A stretch of 54,653 nt of DNA, from the IMG/VR virus record IMGVR_UViG_3300042698_000041, positions 1-54,653 of that record; one strand, given 5' to 3'. Below are positions 18,249 through 27,071 of the stretch, one piece after another. A program made the translations under genes and the position numbers. The DNA comes from a virus. Each line of letters starts with the position of its first letter. Position 1 is the first letter of the stretch. Under the pieces are notes generated by a model. That model had not been told where the DNA came from. It saw only the letters and a program-made list of their open reading frames with translations, and did not search any database.

Positions 18249-18770
18249 CTACGGCAATCGGGTGCGCCCTCTTCCCACCCCGAACACTATGAATCCATTG
18301 CGTCTGGCAATCAAGGTCAAGGGCGTGGTCAGGTAGCGTACGGGACGCTTGTTGCCGGGATGGCGAACGCTGTGGAACAGGAAGAAGTGCCCTGCGCGCC
18401 GGTTGCCCCGGCGACGTCCGGACTGTGCCGCGAACAGGAAGTCCCCCCGATCCCAGCGGAACTTGAGCATCTTGCCCCGACCCCGGATCGTATGCGCCGA
18501 GGATCCCTGGTGAACGGTCTCGGCGTACTTCTTGCGGGCACCGACACGCCCCACGACTTCGGACGGATTGGACCGGATGCTGGAATACAGGGCGTCGGCG
18601 AGTCTTCTGCCCGCACGGCGTTTCCCTGAGCCGGACATGTGATCCCCACGAGGCGCCATGACGTGGGCGAAATGACTGATCTGGCTAGTCGTCCTGGCTA
18701 CCAGTGGAGTCGCGTAGGCGTGGGCCGTCTGGACCTTGCGGATCTGGTCGATCCGGACCCTGGCCATCAC
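18249..18770 (-). CDS. HK97 gp10-like head-tail/tail completion protein
   Basis: Strong RBS AGGAGG. The APRGDH.SGSGKRRAGRRLADALYSSI...KYAETVHQGS pattern matches the gp10 family layout. Confidence 0.6.
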   Translation of the reverse strand: MMARVRIDQIRKVQTAHAYATPLVARTTSQISHFAHVMAPRGDHMSGSGKRRAGRRLADALYSSIRSNPSEVVGRVGARKKYAETVHQGSSAHTIRGRGKMLKFRWDRGDFLFAAQSGRRRGNRRAGHFFLFHSVRHPGNKRPVRYLTTPLTLIARRNGFIVFGVGRGRTRLP

Positions 18771-19056
18771 CTACCTCCTGACCTTCTGGTTCTCCCGTTT
18801 TCTTCTTCTTCGGTCTCGTTCTTCGAGTCCCCACACCAGAGCCAGGAAACTCATCAACCCCAGCAAGATCCACAACATTGTCAGGCTCCTCGGTGATCCC
18901 ATGACAGACCACCTTGAAGTATCCCGCCGCGATCAATCCCCTGACTACAGCATCGTCAAGGTCAACCTGGTATGGCCTGCCCCGTAGGAACTGGCCATTG
19001 GGATGCAGGGGGTGCATGAAGCTTCTGGTGGCAATGACCTCGATCGGCTCAATCAT
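18685..19056 (-). CDS. hypothetical structural protein
   Basis: Met61 of ORF 18685..19236. The C-terminal 86 nt overlap 18249..18770. Confidence 0.4.
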   Translation of the reverse strand: MIEPIEVIATRSFMHPLHPNGQFLRGRPYQVDLDDAVVRGLIAAGYFKVVCHGITEEPDNVVDLAGVDEFPGSGVGTRRTRPKKKKTGEPEGQEVGDGQGPDRPDPQGPDGPRLRDSTGSQDD

Positions 19057-19294
19057 TGTCTTGATCCATCCGCATGTCGATGCCCGATCTGACCGCGCAG
19101 TCCTTAGCCTCCAGAAGCTTGCGCAAAGCAGTCGAGGTCTCAGCGCAATAGGGCAAAAGGCGTGCTGTTGCCCAGGCCAAGGACTTGAAGGGAGCCGAAA
19201 TTGAGGAAAGAAACTGGTCCAAATGGTCGTGCTCAAAAAATCTCAGGATCGGATACCTGGTGCCAAGCTCTTTGTCGGTTACCGGGGCGCTCAT
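19049..19294 (-). CDS. hypothetical protein
   Basis: 81-aa ORF in the connector block. Confidence 0.45.
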   Translation of the reverse strand: MSAPVTDKELGTRYPILRFFEHDHLDQFLSSISAPFKSLAWATARLLPYCAETSTALRKLLEAKDCAVRSGIDMRMDQDND

Positions 19295-19303
19295 GGATTC
19301 CTC

Positions 19304-19831
19304 TCAGCAGCATCTGGGGATTTCGACCAGCAGGTTCAGGAACCGCTCAATACAGTCCCCCTCCTGGGTCACATCCGATTCGACGATGCTATACCTTCTC
19401 CCCCTGATCCGTTTGAACTCTGTGGTTTGTACCCAGCAACACACAGAACTGAACAGTGCCTGGATGTCATTGGCGTCATGGACAGCGGTAGCCGTCCAAT
19501 CCTGGCAAGTGGGGCCCTCGGGAGTACCGAGTCCTGGAACACAGCGCACAATCCCTACGACCAGCTCAAGGGCCCTGGTGATCGACAGGCAGCTCTCTGA
19601 ACGCGTGTCCAGATCCGGAAACGTGGTGGAGGGATACACCCGTCCAATCCGCACATACCCAAGGCCAGGACAACATACCTTATCCATGCTGGCCTGGGCA
19701 TCCACATCATGGATGACCGTCTGACCGGCACGAAGGCAGAAGTCCGCCGGAGGGTCGGGGTTGCGCCCCGCCTCGGTCTCCAAGCATGTCAGCAGCTCAT
19801 TGGCCAGCGGCAGAATGATGGTGTCAGGCAT
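19304..19831 (-). CDS. head-tail connector (stopper-like) protein
   Basis: Assigned by position after the adaptor-like gene. Cys-rich, 175 aa. Confidence 0.4.
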   Translation of the reverse strand: MPDTIILPLANELLTCLETEAGRNPDPPADFCLRAGQTVIHDVDAQASMDKVCCPGLGYVRIGRVYPSTTFPDLDTRSESCLSITRALELVVGIVRCVPGLGTPEGPTCQDWTATAVHDANDIQALFSSVCCWVQTTEFKRIRGRRYSIVESDVTQEGDCIERFLNLLVEIPRCC

Positions 19832-20060
19832 GAGGTGTTTGCATCCGTTCCTGATGCAAAGCCGGTGGTTGTGACACCAGATTCCACTGCTGACTCAGCT
19901 CCTCGTTGATACTGTCCTGTGCACCCTGCTCCCAGCGATCCCAGTAATCGTCTACTGGCATGAGGCGACCGCCCCATCGCTGCTTGCTGTAGTTTTCCAG
20001 GGAGCCAAAGCGCTTGCGGATCTCTTCCGCCAGATAGTGAGGGATATATACCTTGATCAT
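19824..20060 (-). CDS. hypothetical protein
   Basis: 78-aa ORF coupled on both sides. Confidence 0.45.
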   Translation of the reverse strand: MIKVYIPHYLAEEIRKRFGSLENYSKQRWGGRLMPVDDYWDRWEQGAQDSINEELSQQWNLVSQPPALHQERMQTPHA

Positions 20061-20833
20061 GGCGAGGTCACCATCCTCGGGACATTCAGCTCCGGCGCCC
20101 AGATCCGGGCACGTTGCTTACGACGGAAAGGGTTCAGGGCCGTGATGACCGTGTCTACTTCCCATAACCCGGTCAGTCCGTCGTCCAGGAACATCTCCGG
20201 GGAGGCCATTTCGATGTTGATCCCCTGTCGGGCGATCGAAGTGACCCGATTGGACAAACGACAGTCACCACCGGTGCAGGCTTTGCCCCATTCACAGGCC
20301 AGGGTCGCTGCTGCGCCGAGCAGTGCTGCTGGAACAGGGGTTCCCCTTACATAGGTGACCTCGAAGACATCGGGACCAACATCCTCATCCATATCGGCAC
20401 AGATGGGCCAGCATTGCCCACCGGTACGGACCAGCCAATGCCTGTCGTCCACGCGGTATGTCGCGGGATCCACGGCGATCCCACCGATGGTGACCACCGT
20501 GATGGACTCCACCGGTCCCATGAGTCTTACCTGGCAGCGGGGATCACAGCAGCACATCCCGACGCAAGCGCAGTTGAACCAGGTTCCATTCCAGATGAAG
20601 GGAACCCAGGTGCCACCGGACCAGTCGTAGCCGTAGAAGTCCACCAAGCCGTCGTTGCAGGCACGCATGCCGCAGGGACGAACGGTGTTGGTACACAGAC
20701 CGAACTGCCGTCCCGTGGAAGCCCACAGAATCAGGGCGGCATACTCTTTGGCAGCAGCCTGGACAGCTGGATCCAGGGTGGCCCATTCGGGGCAGCACAA
20801 TGGATCCGGAATGTCCCATTCGCACGGACCCAT
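20057..20833 (-). CDS. head-to-tail adaptor-like protein
   Basis: Cys-rich 258-aa ORF in the position typical of adaptors. Confidence 0.45.
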   Translation of the reverse strand: MGPCEWDIPDPLCCPEWATLDPAVQAAAKEYAALILWASTGRQFGLCTNTVRPCGMRACNDGLVDFYGYDWSGGTWVPFIWNGTWFNCACVGMCCCDPRCQVRLMGPVESITVVTIGGIAVDPATYRVDDRHWLVRTGGQCWPICADMDEDVGPDVFEVTYVRGTPVPAALLGAAATLACEWGKACTGGDCRLSNRVTSIARQGINIEMASPEMFLDDGLTGLWEVDTVITALNPFRRKQRARIWAPELNVPRMVTSP

Positions 20834-20847
20834 GGTGCCCCCTCGAC

Positions 20848-21420
20848 TTAGTCTACTGCGTGGACCATAACGGTAGCTCCGGCCAGGGAATCTAGCCCCG
20901 TGTTCTCCACGGCCACAATCACCGTATCCATATCTACTACGGTTACTGAGTTTATAACAAGATCGGTCAGCGAGATCCCGGCAAACGTGGAGGCGTATGC
21001 GCTGTAACTGGCATCAGGCATGGCTGGTCGCAATTGCACGTTGATGTTCGCGGTTCCCGAGGCGGCCAGTGTGGGAACAGGGGCAATCCCGATCGCCCGG
21101 ACCGCGCCAAGCGCGCTTTGGGTCTGCACCTGTGAGAGTGTCTCGGCGATGGCGTCCATCTCCGAGCACAAGACCACACAGCCCCACTCGTTGAGATACT
21201 GATTGTTGGTCAGGTTTATGGTGTACACCGAGTTCTGGGCAATCCAGTCGGTCACTTTCAACACGATCGGGTTGCCGTTGAACTCAACCGTCAAGACATT
21301 GGAGACCTCGCTGACGAAGCTGACCCCGGGCAGTTGGGAAGTGATATCCCCGCTGTTGGAGCCTGTGTATTGAATGGCCTTGGCGACACTCTGAACGATG
21401 TTGAACTCTGGGGAGGGCAT
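20848..21420 (-). CDS. structural protein
   Basis: 190-aa ORF in the virion block. Beta-rich composition. Confidence 0.45.
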   Translation of the reverse strand: MPSPEFNIVQSVAKAIQYTGSNSGDITSQLPGVSFVSEVSNVLTVEFNGNPIVLKVTDWIAQNSVYTINLTNNQYLNEWGCVVLCSEMDAIAETLSQVQTQSALGAVRAIGIAPVPTLAASGTANINVQLRPAMPDASYSAYASTFAGISLTDLVINSVTVVDMDTVIVAVENTGLDSLAGATVMVHAVD

Positions 21421-21438
21421 GGCGGTGCCCCTTTCTCA

Positions 21439-22005
21439 TTAGACTCCAGGAACAAAGATCGTGGTCTCCACGAAATCGGTGCTCACCGTCGCGTCGGTCA
21501 CGCGGATCGTGAACACCCCCGCGTATGGATAGGTGTGGTTGGAGGCGCCGGACTCGGCTGCACCATTGGTAGCCGTTCCGTCCCCCCAGGTGATGTTCAC
21601 CGTTCCGGCACCCGCGAAGTTGGCATAGTTCAAAGTGATCTGAAGTGCGTTGCCACCCACGTTCATGGCAATGGTGGAGATAGTCGGAGACTGCGCCGGG
21701 TCAGCGGCACAGGTGTTCGGATTCTTGAACGCCGACGTGCCGTTGTTCGAGTTGAACGTGATGTTCGTCCCGGCCACGTAGCCCGACAGAATGTCCGCGC
21801 CCCCAGGTTCCAGCGTCAGAGCACCATGGGCCGCGAAAATCTCCTCGGGAACACGGATGGCGGCAGGCCCAGGAGTCACCGTGACAATCTGGACCTTTCG
21901 GGTGTCGGCGCCACCAACTCCACCAGCCCAACAGGTCACACGCTGTGCCACCTGTTGCAGCATCTGATAGTTCGGCACCGTAATGGTCAGTGATCCACCG
22001 GCCAT
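21439..22005 (-). CDS. structural protein with PKD/Ig-like domain
   Basis: ITWGDGTATNG...SNHTYPYAGVFTIRVTD matches the PKD signature pattern. Confidence 0.55.
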   Translation of the reverse strand: MAGGSLTITVPNYQMLQQVAQRVTCWAGGVGGADTRKVQIVTVTPGPAAIRVPEEIFAAHGALTLEPGGADILSGYVAGTNITFNSNNGTSAFKNPNTCAADPAQSPTISTIAMNVGGNALQITLNYANFAGAGTVNITWGDGTATNGAAESGASNHTYPYAGVFTIRVTDATVSTDFVETTIFVPGV

Positions 22006-22057
22006 GATGATCCTCCTTAGGATCTTCGGGCCCTGGCGTGCCCCAGGACCCGAAGGC

Positions 22058-22999
22058 TTACGTCACCGTGATGGTGGCTGAAGTGTAAGTAGGTCCGGAC
22101 TGCCCGGTTGCCCGATACGTTGCGGTGTAGGTTCCGGCCACATAGTTGTGATTGGCAGTCGTACCCGAGGTGACAACTTGCTCGGGCGTGGCGTCTCCCC
22201 AGTCGATGACACCCGGCAACAGCGGGGTCCCATCCAGCAGTGGGAAGGTTGCCACCCTGGGCACCGCTGCCAGGCCCGAGGTTGGCAACACCGAGAAAGC
22301 CGGGGTGACATCCTGGCAACCACACACGCCGTCCGGTGGTGGAAGCTTGGTCCAGAAGAAACACTTGTGGCTGTTGACGTTGATCGCGGTCAGCAATGGT
22401 CCAGGGAATCCCGCGTTCGGACCAGTCTCGTTGATGATGACGTTGTACGGACCGGTGCCCCACTGGTTGCCACCACGGGTGATCCCGCTGACGGTGAAGG
22501 TAACCACGCCGTTGGCGATCGTCACATCCCCGATCATTCCCTGGACCACGCGTGGCAGGATGCCATATCCGAAATCGGGATCCTCACCGGTGCACACATC
22601 CTCGGTGCCGGTCCAGAACTCCAGGGCAAAGTTGCTTGCCGCTGGAGAATCGGGCAGCGTGCACCAGCCGATGGCCTGCGGTGCGACCGCGTCATTAAGG
22701 ACCAGGGGTTCGGCCGACACGATGTTGAACAGCTCGGGATCCACGTTGCAGAAGGTGATGACCACCTCGTACCAGCGTAGAATCGGGGCCTTGGGAACAT
22801 CGACACAAATGTTGCCATTGGCGTTGAGCTGCAAGGCGTCCTGGCGGTCCTGCAACACCTTGGTCAAGGTGATGTCGACGAAAGACTCTGTGGTGGCCAT
22901 GTCGCAGCCGGTGTCAACCACCGCCCCACACTCGTCCAAACGGGTCACCCGGGCAGCCGGAGCCCTGACCACAGAGTGGCAAACGCTAGTCATTCTCAC
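22058..22999 (-). CDS. major tail protein or capsid decoration protein with C-terminal PKD/Ig-like domain
   Basis: IDWGDATPEQ...ANHNYVAGTYTATYRATG is a PKD pattern. No other major tail candidate lies upstream of the chaperones. The start could be an internal Met. Confidence 0.45.
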   Translation of the reverse strand: MRMTSVCHSVVRAPAARVTRLDECGAVVDTGCDMATTESFVDITLTKVLQDRQDALQLNANGNICVDVPKAPILRWYEVVITFCNVDPELFNIVSAEPLVLNDAVAPQAIGWCTLPDSPAASNFALEFWTGTEDVCTGEDPDFGYGILPRVVQGMIGDVTIANGVVTFTVSGITRGGNQWGTGPYNVIINETGPNAGFPGPLLTAINVNSHKCFFWTKLPPPDGVCGCQDVTPAFSVLPTSGLAAVPRVATFPLLDGTPLLPGVIDWGDATPEQVVTSGTTANHNYVAGTYTATYRATGQSGPTYTSATITVT

Positions 23000-23297
23000 C
23001 CTCCTGTGAGGTCGTTACGGGCTCAGCGGCTTTGCGGGGGCGGCCCCTGCGCTTCGGGGTCTCCTCTTTTTCGGGTTCCTCGGTTTCCTCGGATTCCTGC
23101 TCGGCGACAAACCGGTCGAAGACTTCCTGGGGAACCTCGAACCCTGCGCGTGGATGGCTGACCGAGCGCACCTGGTTGGGATGATCGGCAGCCGCGAGCA
23201 ATCCCCTGGCGATCCTTGGAGACTGGCCTTCCTCGGGGTACACGGTGACAAAAATTGTTACGTCCACAGGGTCACCGCCTTGGCGAAGCCGCCACAC
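22986..23297 (-). CDS. hypothetical protein with acidic/basic tail
   Basis: 103-aa ORF with an EETEEPEKEETPKRRGRPRK tail. Confidence 0.45.
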   Translation of the reverse strand: MWRLRQGGDPVDVTIFVTVYPEEGQSPRIARGLLAAADHPNQVRSVSHPRAGFEVPQEVFDRFVAEQESEETEEPEKEETPKRRGRPRKAAEPVTTSQEGEND

Positions 23298-24115
23298 TCG
23301 TAGGTCACGACATACTCCCGTTCGGCGAGCATCAGCATTTGGTTGGTGGTGCGATTCAGCGAACCCTCCACGGGAGCAACCTGGACCTCGGAATCCGGTG
23401 TCCGCCAGATCACCGTCTGGCCGGTCAGGTACATCCAGAACACACCGTCAGCGGGAGCGGCCCCAGCGGGATCGTTGTTGGCATAGCAGCCAGCGGAAAC
23501 CACGGTCCCCATAGGGGTGCGCCACCTGGTGCCATCCCATTCGATGAGGTGCTCTCGCTTGAGATAATTCAGGACCGGGATCGCCACATGCAGATATCCA
23601 GGCGGACCATAGCGCGTCGTGTTGCCGGTGAATCCGCAGTAACGTGCCCGTTCCAGCTCGGAAAGGACATCCACCACGTTGTCTCCGGCACCGGTAACCG
23701 TGGTGATCCCGTCACCAGTGATCAGGCCTGGTGCCTGGCCGAAGGTGGAGGTGGAGAAGATGTTCTCCAGGAGTCCCTGCTCCACCCCGCGCAGGCGCTC
23801 CATGACAAAAGCACGCTGCTCTTCGTAGGTGTATCCCACCGTCCCACAGGTGACCGTGGCGGCGATGATGAACGGGAGCCCGGTGACCGTGGTGGTTCCC
23901 AAGGAAAACTCGGTGGTCTTGCTCGCCGTGGCTCCGATACAGGCAATCTCGTAGCCGAAGCCGTCGTCACACAGGCTTGTGACATAGCGCAATCCGCCAT
24001 TGCGCGCATGGACGGGCAGATCCAAGGGCCCCACGGCAGCCTGAAGCAGTCCGTACCGCAGCGGCATGGACGGGGTCGGCTTCTCAATAAGGACCGGGGG
24101 GATTGTCGCTACCAT
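23258..24115 (-). CDS. virion structural protein (possible second HK97-fold or tail tube protein)
   Basis: 285-aa ORF just downstream of the capsid gene. Function not resolved from sequence. Confidence 0.45.
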   Translation of the reverse strand: MVATIPPVLIEKPTPSMPLRYGLLQAAVGPLDLPVHARNGGLRYVTSLCDDGFGYEIACIGATASKTTEFSLGTTTVTGLPFIIAATVTCGTVGYTYEEQRAFVMERLRGVEQGLLENIFSTSTFGQAPGLITGDGITTVTGAGDNVVDVLSELERARYCGFTGNTTRYGPPGYLHVAIPVLNYLKREHLIEWDGTRWRTPMGTVVSAGCYANNDPAGAAPADGVFWMYLTGQTVIWRTPDSEVQVAPVEGSLNRTTNQMLMLAEREYVVTYECGGFAKAVTLWT

Positions 24116-24179
24116 GTCTCACCTCCTATAAGCGACCTGAAGTTGAGGGGCCCGGGGTTCCGGGCCCCCATCAATTCGC

Positions 24180-26000
24180 TTACGGGGTCACGTCCGTGCA
24201 GGTCACGGCGCGCTGGACACCGGTGGAGCCGTTGGCACAGATGTTGATGGTGTATGCGTAGCTGAACTGGCACATACGCATCGGCTTGAAGCCGTCCTCC
24301 ATGAACAACTGCGTGACGAGGTTCTGCTGGAGATTCGCCGCGTCGTAAACCGTATCGAGACGAATCACGTCCTGTCGTCCCAAAACCCACGTACCGGGCA
24401 GGAAGGCCAGGAAGGTCACCGAGGTCGGCATGTTGAACAGTGCCGCCGCGATCGGACCTGCCGGGTTGCCGAACTGGTGGTTGACGTCGATGGCACCGGC
24501 ACCGTTGGTCGGATCGAACGCGTCCTGCCAGTCGTAGATCCACTGGATCGAGACGTAACGACGTGCCAGAGCTGCATCGATCATCTGATCGGTCAGCTCC
24601 TCGGTGAAGGTGGCGTTGCGACGCAGCCAGTCGGCACGAAGGCCGGTCTTGACCCAGTACGGGAAGACCATCTGCACCTGCTGGGTCTGCGACGTGCGGT
24701 ACATGTAGCGGATGTTCATCGCCACCATGTCAATCGCGGACATCAGCTGCGACCACACCGAACCATCCGAGGCCCAAGGGTCCAGGGTGGAAAGGGTGAT
24801 GGCGGTCGAACCGGCCTCGATCTCGTTTACCACCTCGCGGTTGACCAGATGGGCCATGGCCGCAATCGCCCCACGTACGAACTCGGCCACGAACTCCGGA
24901 TAGCCACGGTTCTGAAGCAGAGAAGATGTCAGACACAGGGCAGCCACGTTGAGCCGGTCATCCACGAACGATGGACACGGGATCTCGATACAGGTCTTGG
25001 CGGTGTCGGCGATGACCTGTGCCTCGGTCAGGATGTTGTAACCCGTGATCGGGAGAGTGAAGTCACCCCCGAAGAAGTCGGCGAAGTCCAGGCCCTGGTT
25101 GTGCAGCAGACCACCACGGCGAAGCACCATCTCCGGCAGGTTGAGCAGACCGTCCGTGGTGATCGGTGAGCAGATGCTGTAGTCGGGCTCCGATGGGGCA
25201 CACCAGCCGTTTGCCGCCACCAGTGAAGCATCCCGGCTGAAGGTGTCCGAGGTGCCACGCAGCTTGTTGAAGGCGCCCTCGTGCGAGTCACCCTCGAAGA
25301 TCACCTGAGTGTCTGGGAAGTCCCTGCGAATACGGGCAAGCGAATGCTGCATACGCGTCTTGACGCCAGCACGAGCACCGCTGGGATAGGCGCGCACGCG
25401 CTCTTCGAAGGCACGCCCCACATCTTCCCAGGAAAGCTCGGATCCAGTGGGGAAGGAAGCGATGTCGGCAGCGGCCACGATGGTGAACCCGGGGCTGTCG
25501 TCAGTGACGATTTCCGCAGTCGGGGAGTTGGGAGCCACGTCGGAAATCTGAACCGAACGGCGTGGGGCGTTGTCCACCGCGCCAGCGGCGGTAACAGTTG
25601 CCTCAACCACGGTCGTCGGCTCGGAGACCACCGGGACAGCGGGGGTGCTGTCGGTAACGTCCTTGTTTCCGTTCTCGTCGAAACCACCATCAGCGGTAAC
25701 CGCCGAGGCCTCCTGCGGCTGGGTCTCGGCGACGTTGTTGCGTGGCTCGATCGGCTTTTGCGCAGCGGCACGATTGGCCAGGATCTGACGGGCATCAAGC
25801 TCGGCATCGGCAGCGGCAACGAAAGCGGCAAGCTCCTCAGCCTGGGTCAGTGCCGACTCGTCAGGACTGTCGGTGTTGATGGATGCCACCAGAGTGCCAT
25901 GGTCGGCAGCAGCCAGGTTGCGAAGATCGGTGAGCGTGGGGGTCCCATAGACCTCAAGCTCATACTTGCCCTCAGCATTGGGGCGAGGTGGGGTGAACAT
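24180..26000 (-). CDS. major capsid protein with N-terminal scaffold-like extension
   Basis: 606 aa. The N-terminal ~270 aa are Ala/Glu-rich and coil-like. The C-terminal ~330 aa are globular. Position is downstream of the protease. Confidence 0.55.
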   Translation of the reverse strand: MFTPPRPNAEGKYELEVYGTPTLTDLRNLAAADHGTLVASINTDSPDESALTQAEELAAFVAAADAELDARQILANRAAAQKPIEPRNNVAETQPQEASAVTADGGFDENGNKDVTDSTPAVPVVSEPTTVVEATVTAAGAVDNAPRRSVQISDVAPNSPTAEIVTDDSPGFTIVAAADIASFPTGSELSWEDVGRAFEERVRAYPSGARAGVKTRMQHSLARIRRDFPDTQVIFEGDSHEGAFNKLRGTSDTFSRDASLVAANGWCAPSEPDYSICSPITTDGLLNLPEMVLRRGGLLHNQGLDFADFFGGDFTLPITGYNILTEAQVIADTAKTCIEIPCPSFVDDRLNVAALCLTSSLLQNRGYPEFVAEFVRGAIAAMAHLVNREVVNEIEAGSTAITLSTLDPWASDGSVWSQLMSAIDMVAMNIRYMYRTSQTQQVQMVFPYWVKTGLRADWLRRNATFTEELTDQMIDAALARRYVSIQWIYDWQDAFDPTNGAGAIDVNHQFGNPAGPIAAALFNMPTSVTFLAFLPGTWVLGRQDVIRLDTVYDAANLQQNLVTQLFMEDGFKPMRMCQFSYAYTINICANGSTGVQRAVTCTDVTP

Positions 26001-26153
26001 TGATCAGCTCCACATAATGAACTAAGTCCTGGGCAGGCTCTTAGCTCATCGCCCCTGGAGGGCAGGCAGGCTCGTGGCGCATCACCTGCGTTGCAGGTTA
26101 GCACGCTTGATCAGCTTCGTCTACTAACCCGCCAAAGGAATGAATGGTAAGCT

Positions 26154-26375
26154 ATGGAAATGCTGAAGAAGATTTTGGTTTGGGGGTTCATAGCCTTCCT
26201 TGTTTTCTTTGTGACCTTCAAGCCAAGGGCAGCCATAGGCGTAGTTACAGTTCTGGGCAACGTGGCTGTCGAGATCTTTAAGGGGATCGATGACTTCTTT
26301 CGAGGGACTGGCCGATGCCTAAGCACAGAAAAAGAGGCGTCTGGGCGATCCTGCGTGACGCCGGGGTTGTCTTGA
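26154..26375 (+). CDS. membrane protein (opposite-strand cassette)
   Basis: N-terminal TM helix ILVWGFIAFLVFFVTF. The 3' end overlaps the next ORF. Confidence 0.4.
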   Translation: MEMLKKILVWGFIAFLVFFVTFKPRAAIGVVTVLGNVAVEIFKGIDDFFRGTGRCLSTEKEASGRSCVTPGLS

Positions 26376-26449
26376 TTGTGTTCATGCTGATGGCCTTAGC
26401 CGCCCTAGCGCTCGGGGTGGGGATCGGGACCAGGATGGTGACGTTTTGA
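26315..26449 (+). CDS. small membrane protein
   Basis: Hand-translated 44-aa ORF with a basic N-terminus and a TM helix. Confidence 0.4.
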   Translation: MPKHRKRGVWAILRDAGVVLIVFMLMALAALALGVGIGTRMVTF

Positions 26450-26637
26450 GCGAGCCCAACCGATACTGGGTCTGCTGGGATGGGGTCACCTGGCGTGAGA
26501 TCACTTTGCACGAGTGGATCGAATGGGAAAAGGCTCTGGGATTCCATGGCCATGGTCCATTTGGGAATACGGCTGCCACTGAAGGCTTCAACACGGGAAC
26601 CATCAAAGGACAGACATGGAGTCCGTTCGAAGAGTAG
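26446..26637 (+). CDS. hypothetical Trp-rich protein
   Basis: TTG start overlapping the previous stop (TTGA). 63 aa. Confidence 0.4.
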   Translation: MSEPNRYWVCWDGVTWREITLHEWIEWEKALGFHGHGPFGNTAATEGFNTGTIKGQTWSPFEE

Positions 26638-26828
26638 GACCCAATATCACCTGGTCAGTGGCCTCTGGCCTCTGGATGCGTTATGGGGAATGTCCCATGT
26701 GCGGAGCATGGCCCACTGAACCCTGTTTCGACAAGCGCAAAAGATTCAAAGATGGGATGGGCGGCTCGGATCTGTATATCCAGCGGCCCCACAAGGGCAG
26801 GTCCAAGTCTGATACGAAGAAAAGATGA
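26616..26828 (+). CDS. hypothetical protein with CPMC...C motif
   Basis: 70-aa ORF with a basic tail. An alternative start at ATG 26676 is possible. Confidence 0.4.
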   Translation: MESVRRVGPNITWSVASGLWMRYGECPMCGAWPTEPCFDKRKRFKDGMGGSDLYIQRPHKGRSKSDTKKR

Positions 26829-26836
26829 AAACACCA

Positions 26837-26870
26837 AGGGGCCACACGTGTCCAAGAACGTATGGCCCCT
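26837..26870. terminator. hairpin between convergent transcription units
   Basis: aggggcca / tggcccct, 8-bp stem with an 18-nt loop, between the + cassette and the - strand ORF 26889..27071. Confidence 0.3.
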
Positions 26871-26888
26871 ACACCCCTCGCAGTATCC

Positions 26889-27071
26889 CTACCGCGAAAC
26901 AGTGTAACCCTTTGTCTGTGCCGCTTGGCGTTCCGCCTGACGAAATTTTTCCCGCTGTACACGCTCATCTGCCGCCGAGGTGACGTTGACCTTGCTCCCA
27001 TCGGGCATGGTCACCTCGCGTGGATACTGAGCGGCGGCAGCGGCACGTCCAGCGCATGTTTGGCAACCCAT
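26889..27071 (-). CDS. hypothetical small protein
   Basis: 60-aa ORF whose start abuts the protease gene stop. Confidence 0.45.
   Translation of the reverse strand: MGCQTCAGRAAAAAQYPREVTMPDGSKVNVTSAADERVQREKFRQAERQAAQTKGYTVSR

Noticed and set aside
21334-24247. Long + strand ORFs (21334..21993, 22148..22780, 22152..23009, 23255..24247) antisense to the virion genes
   Set aside because: They are Gly/Arg/Pro/His-rich, have no RBS, and overlap - strand ORFs that have PKD motifs, translational coupling and canonical gene order.
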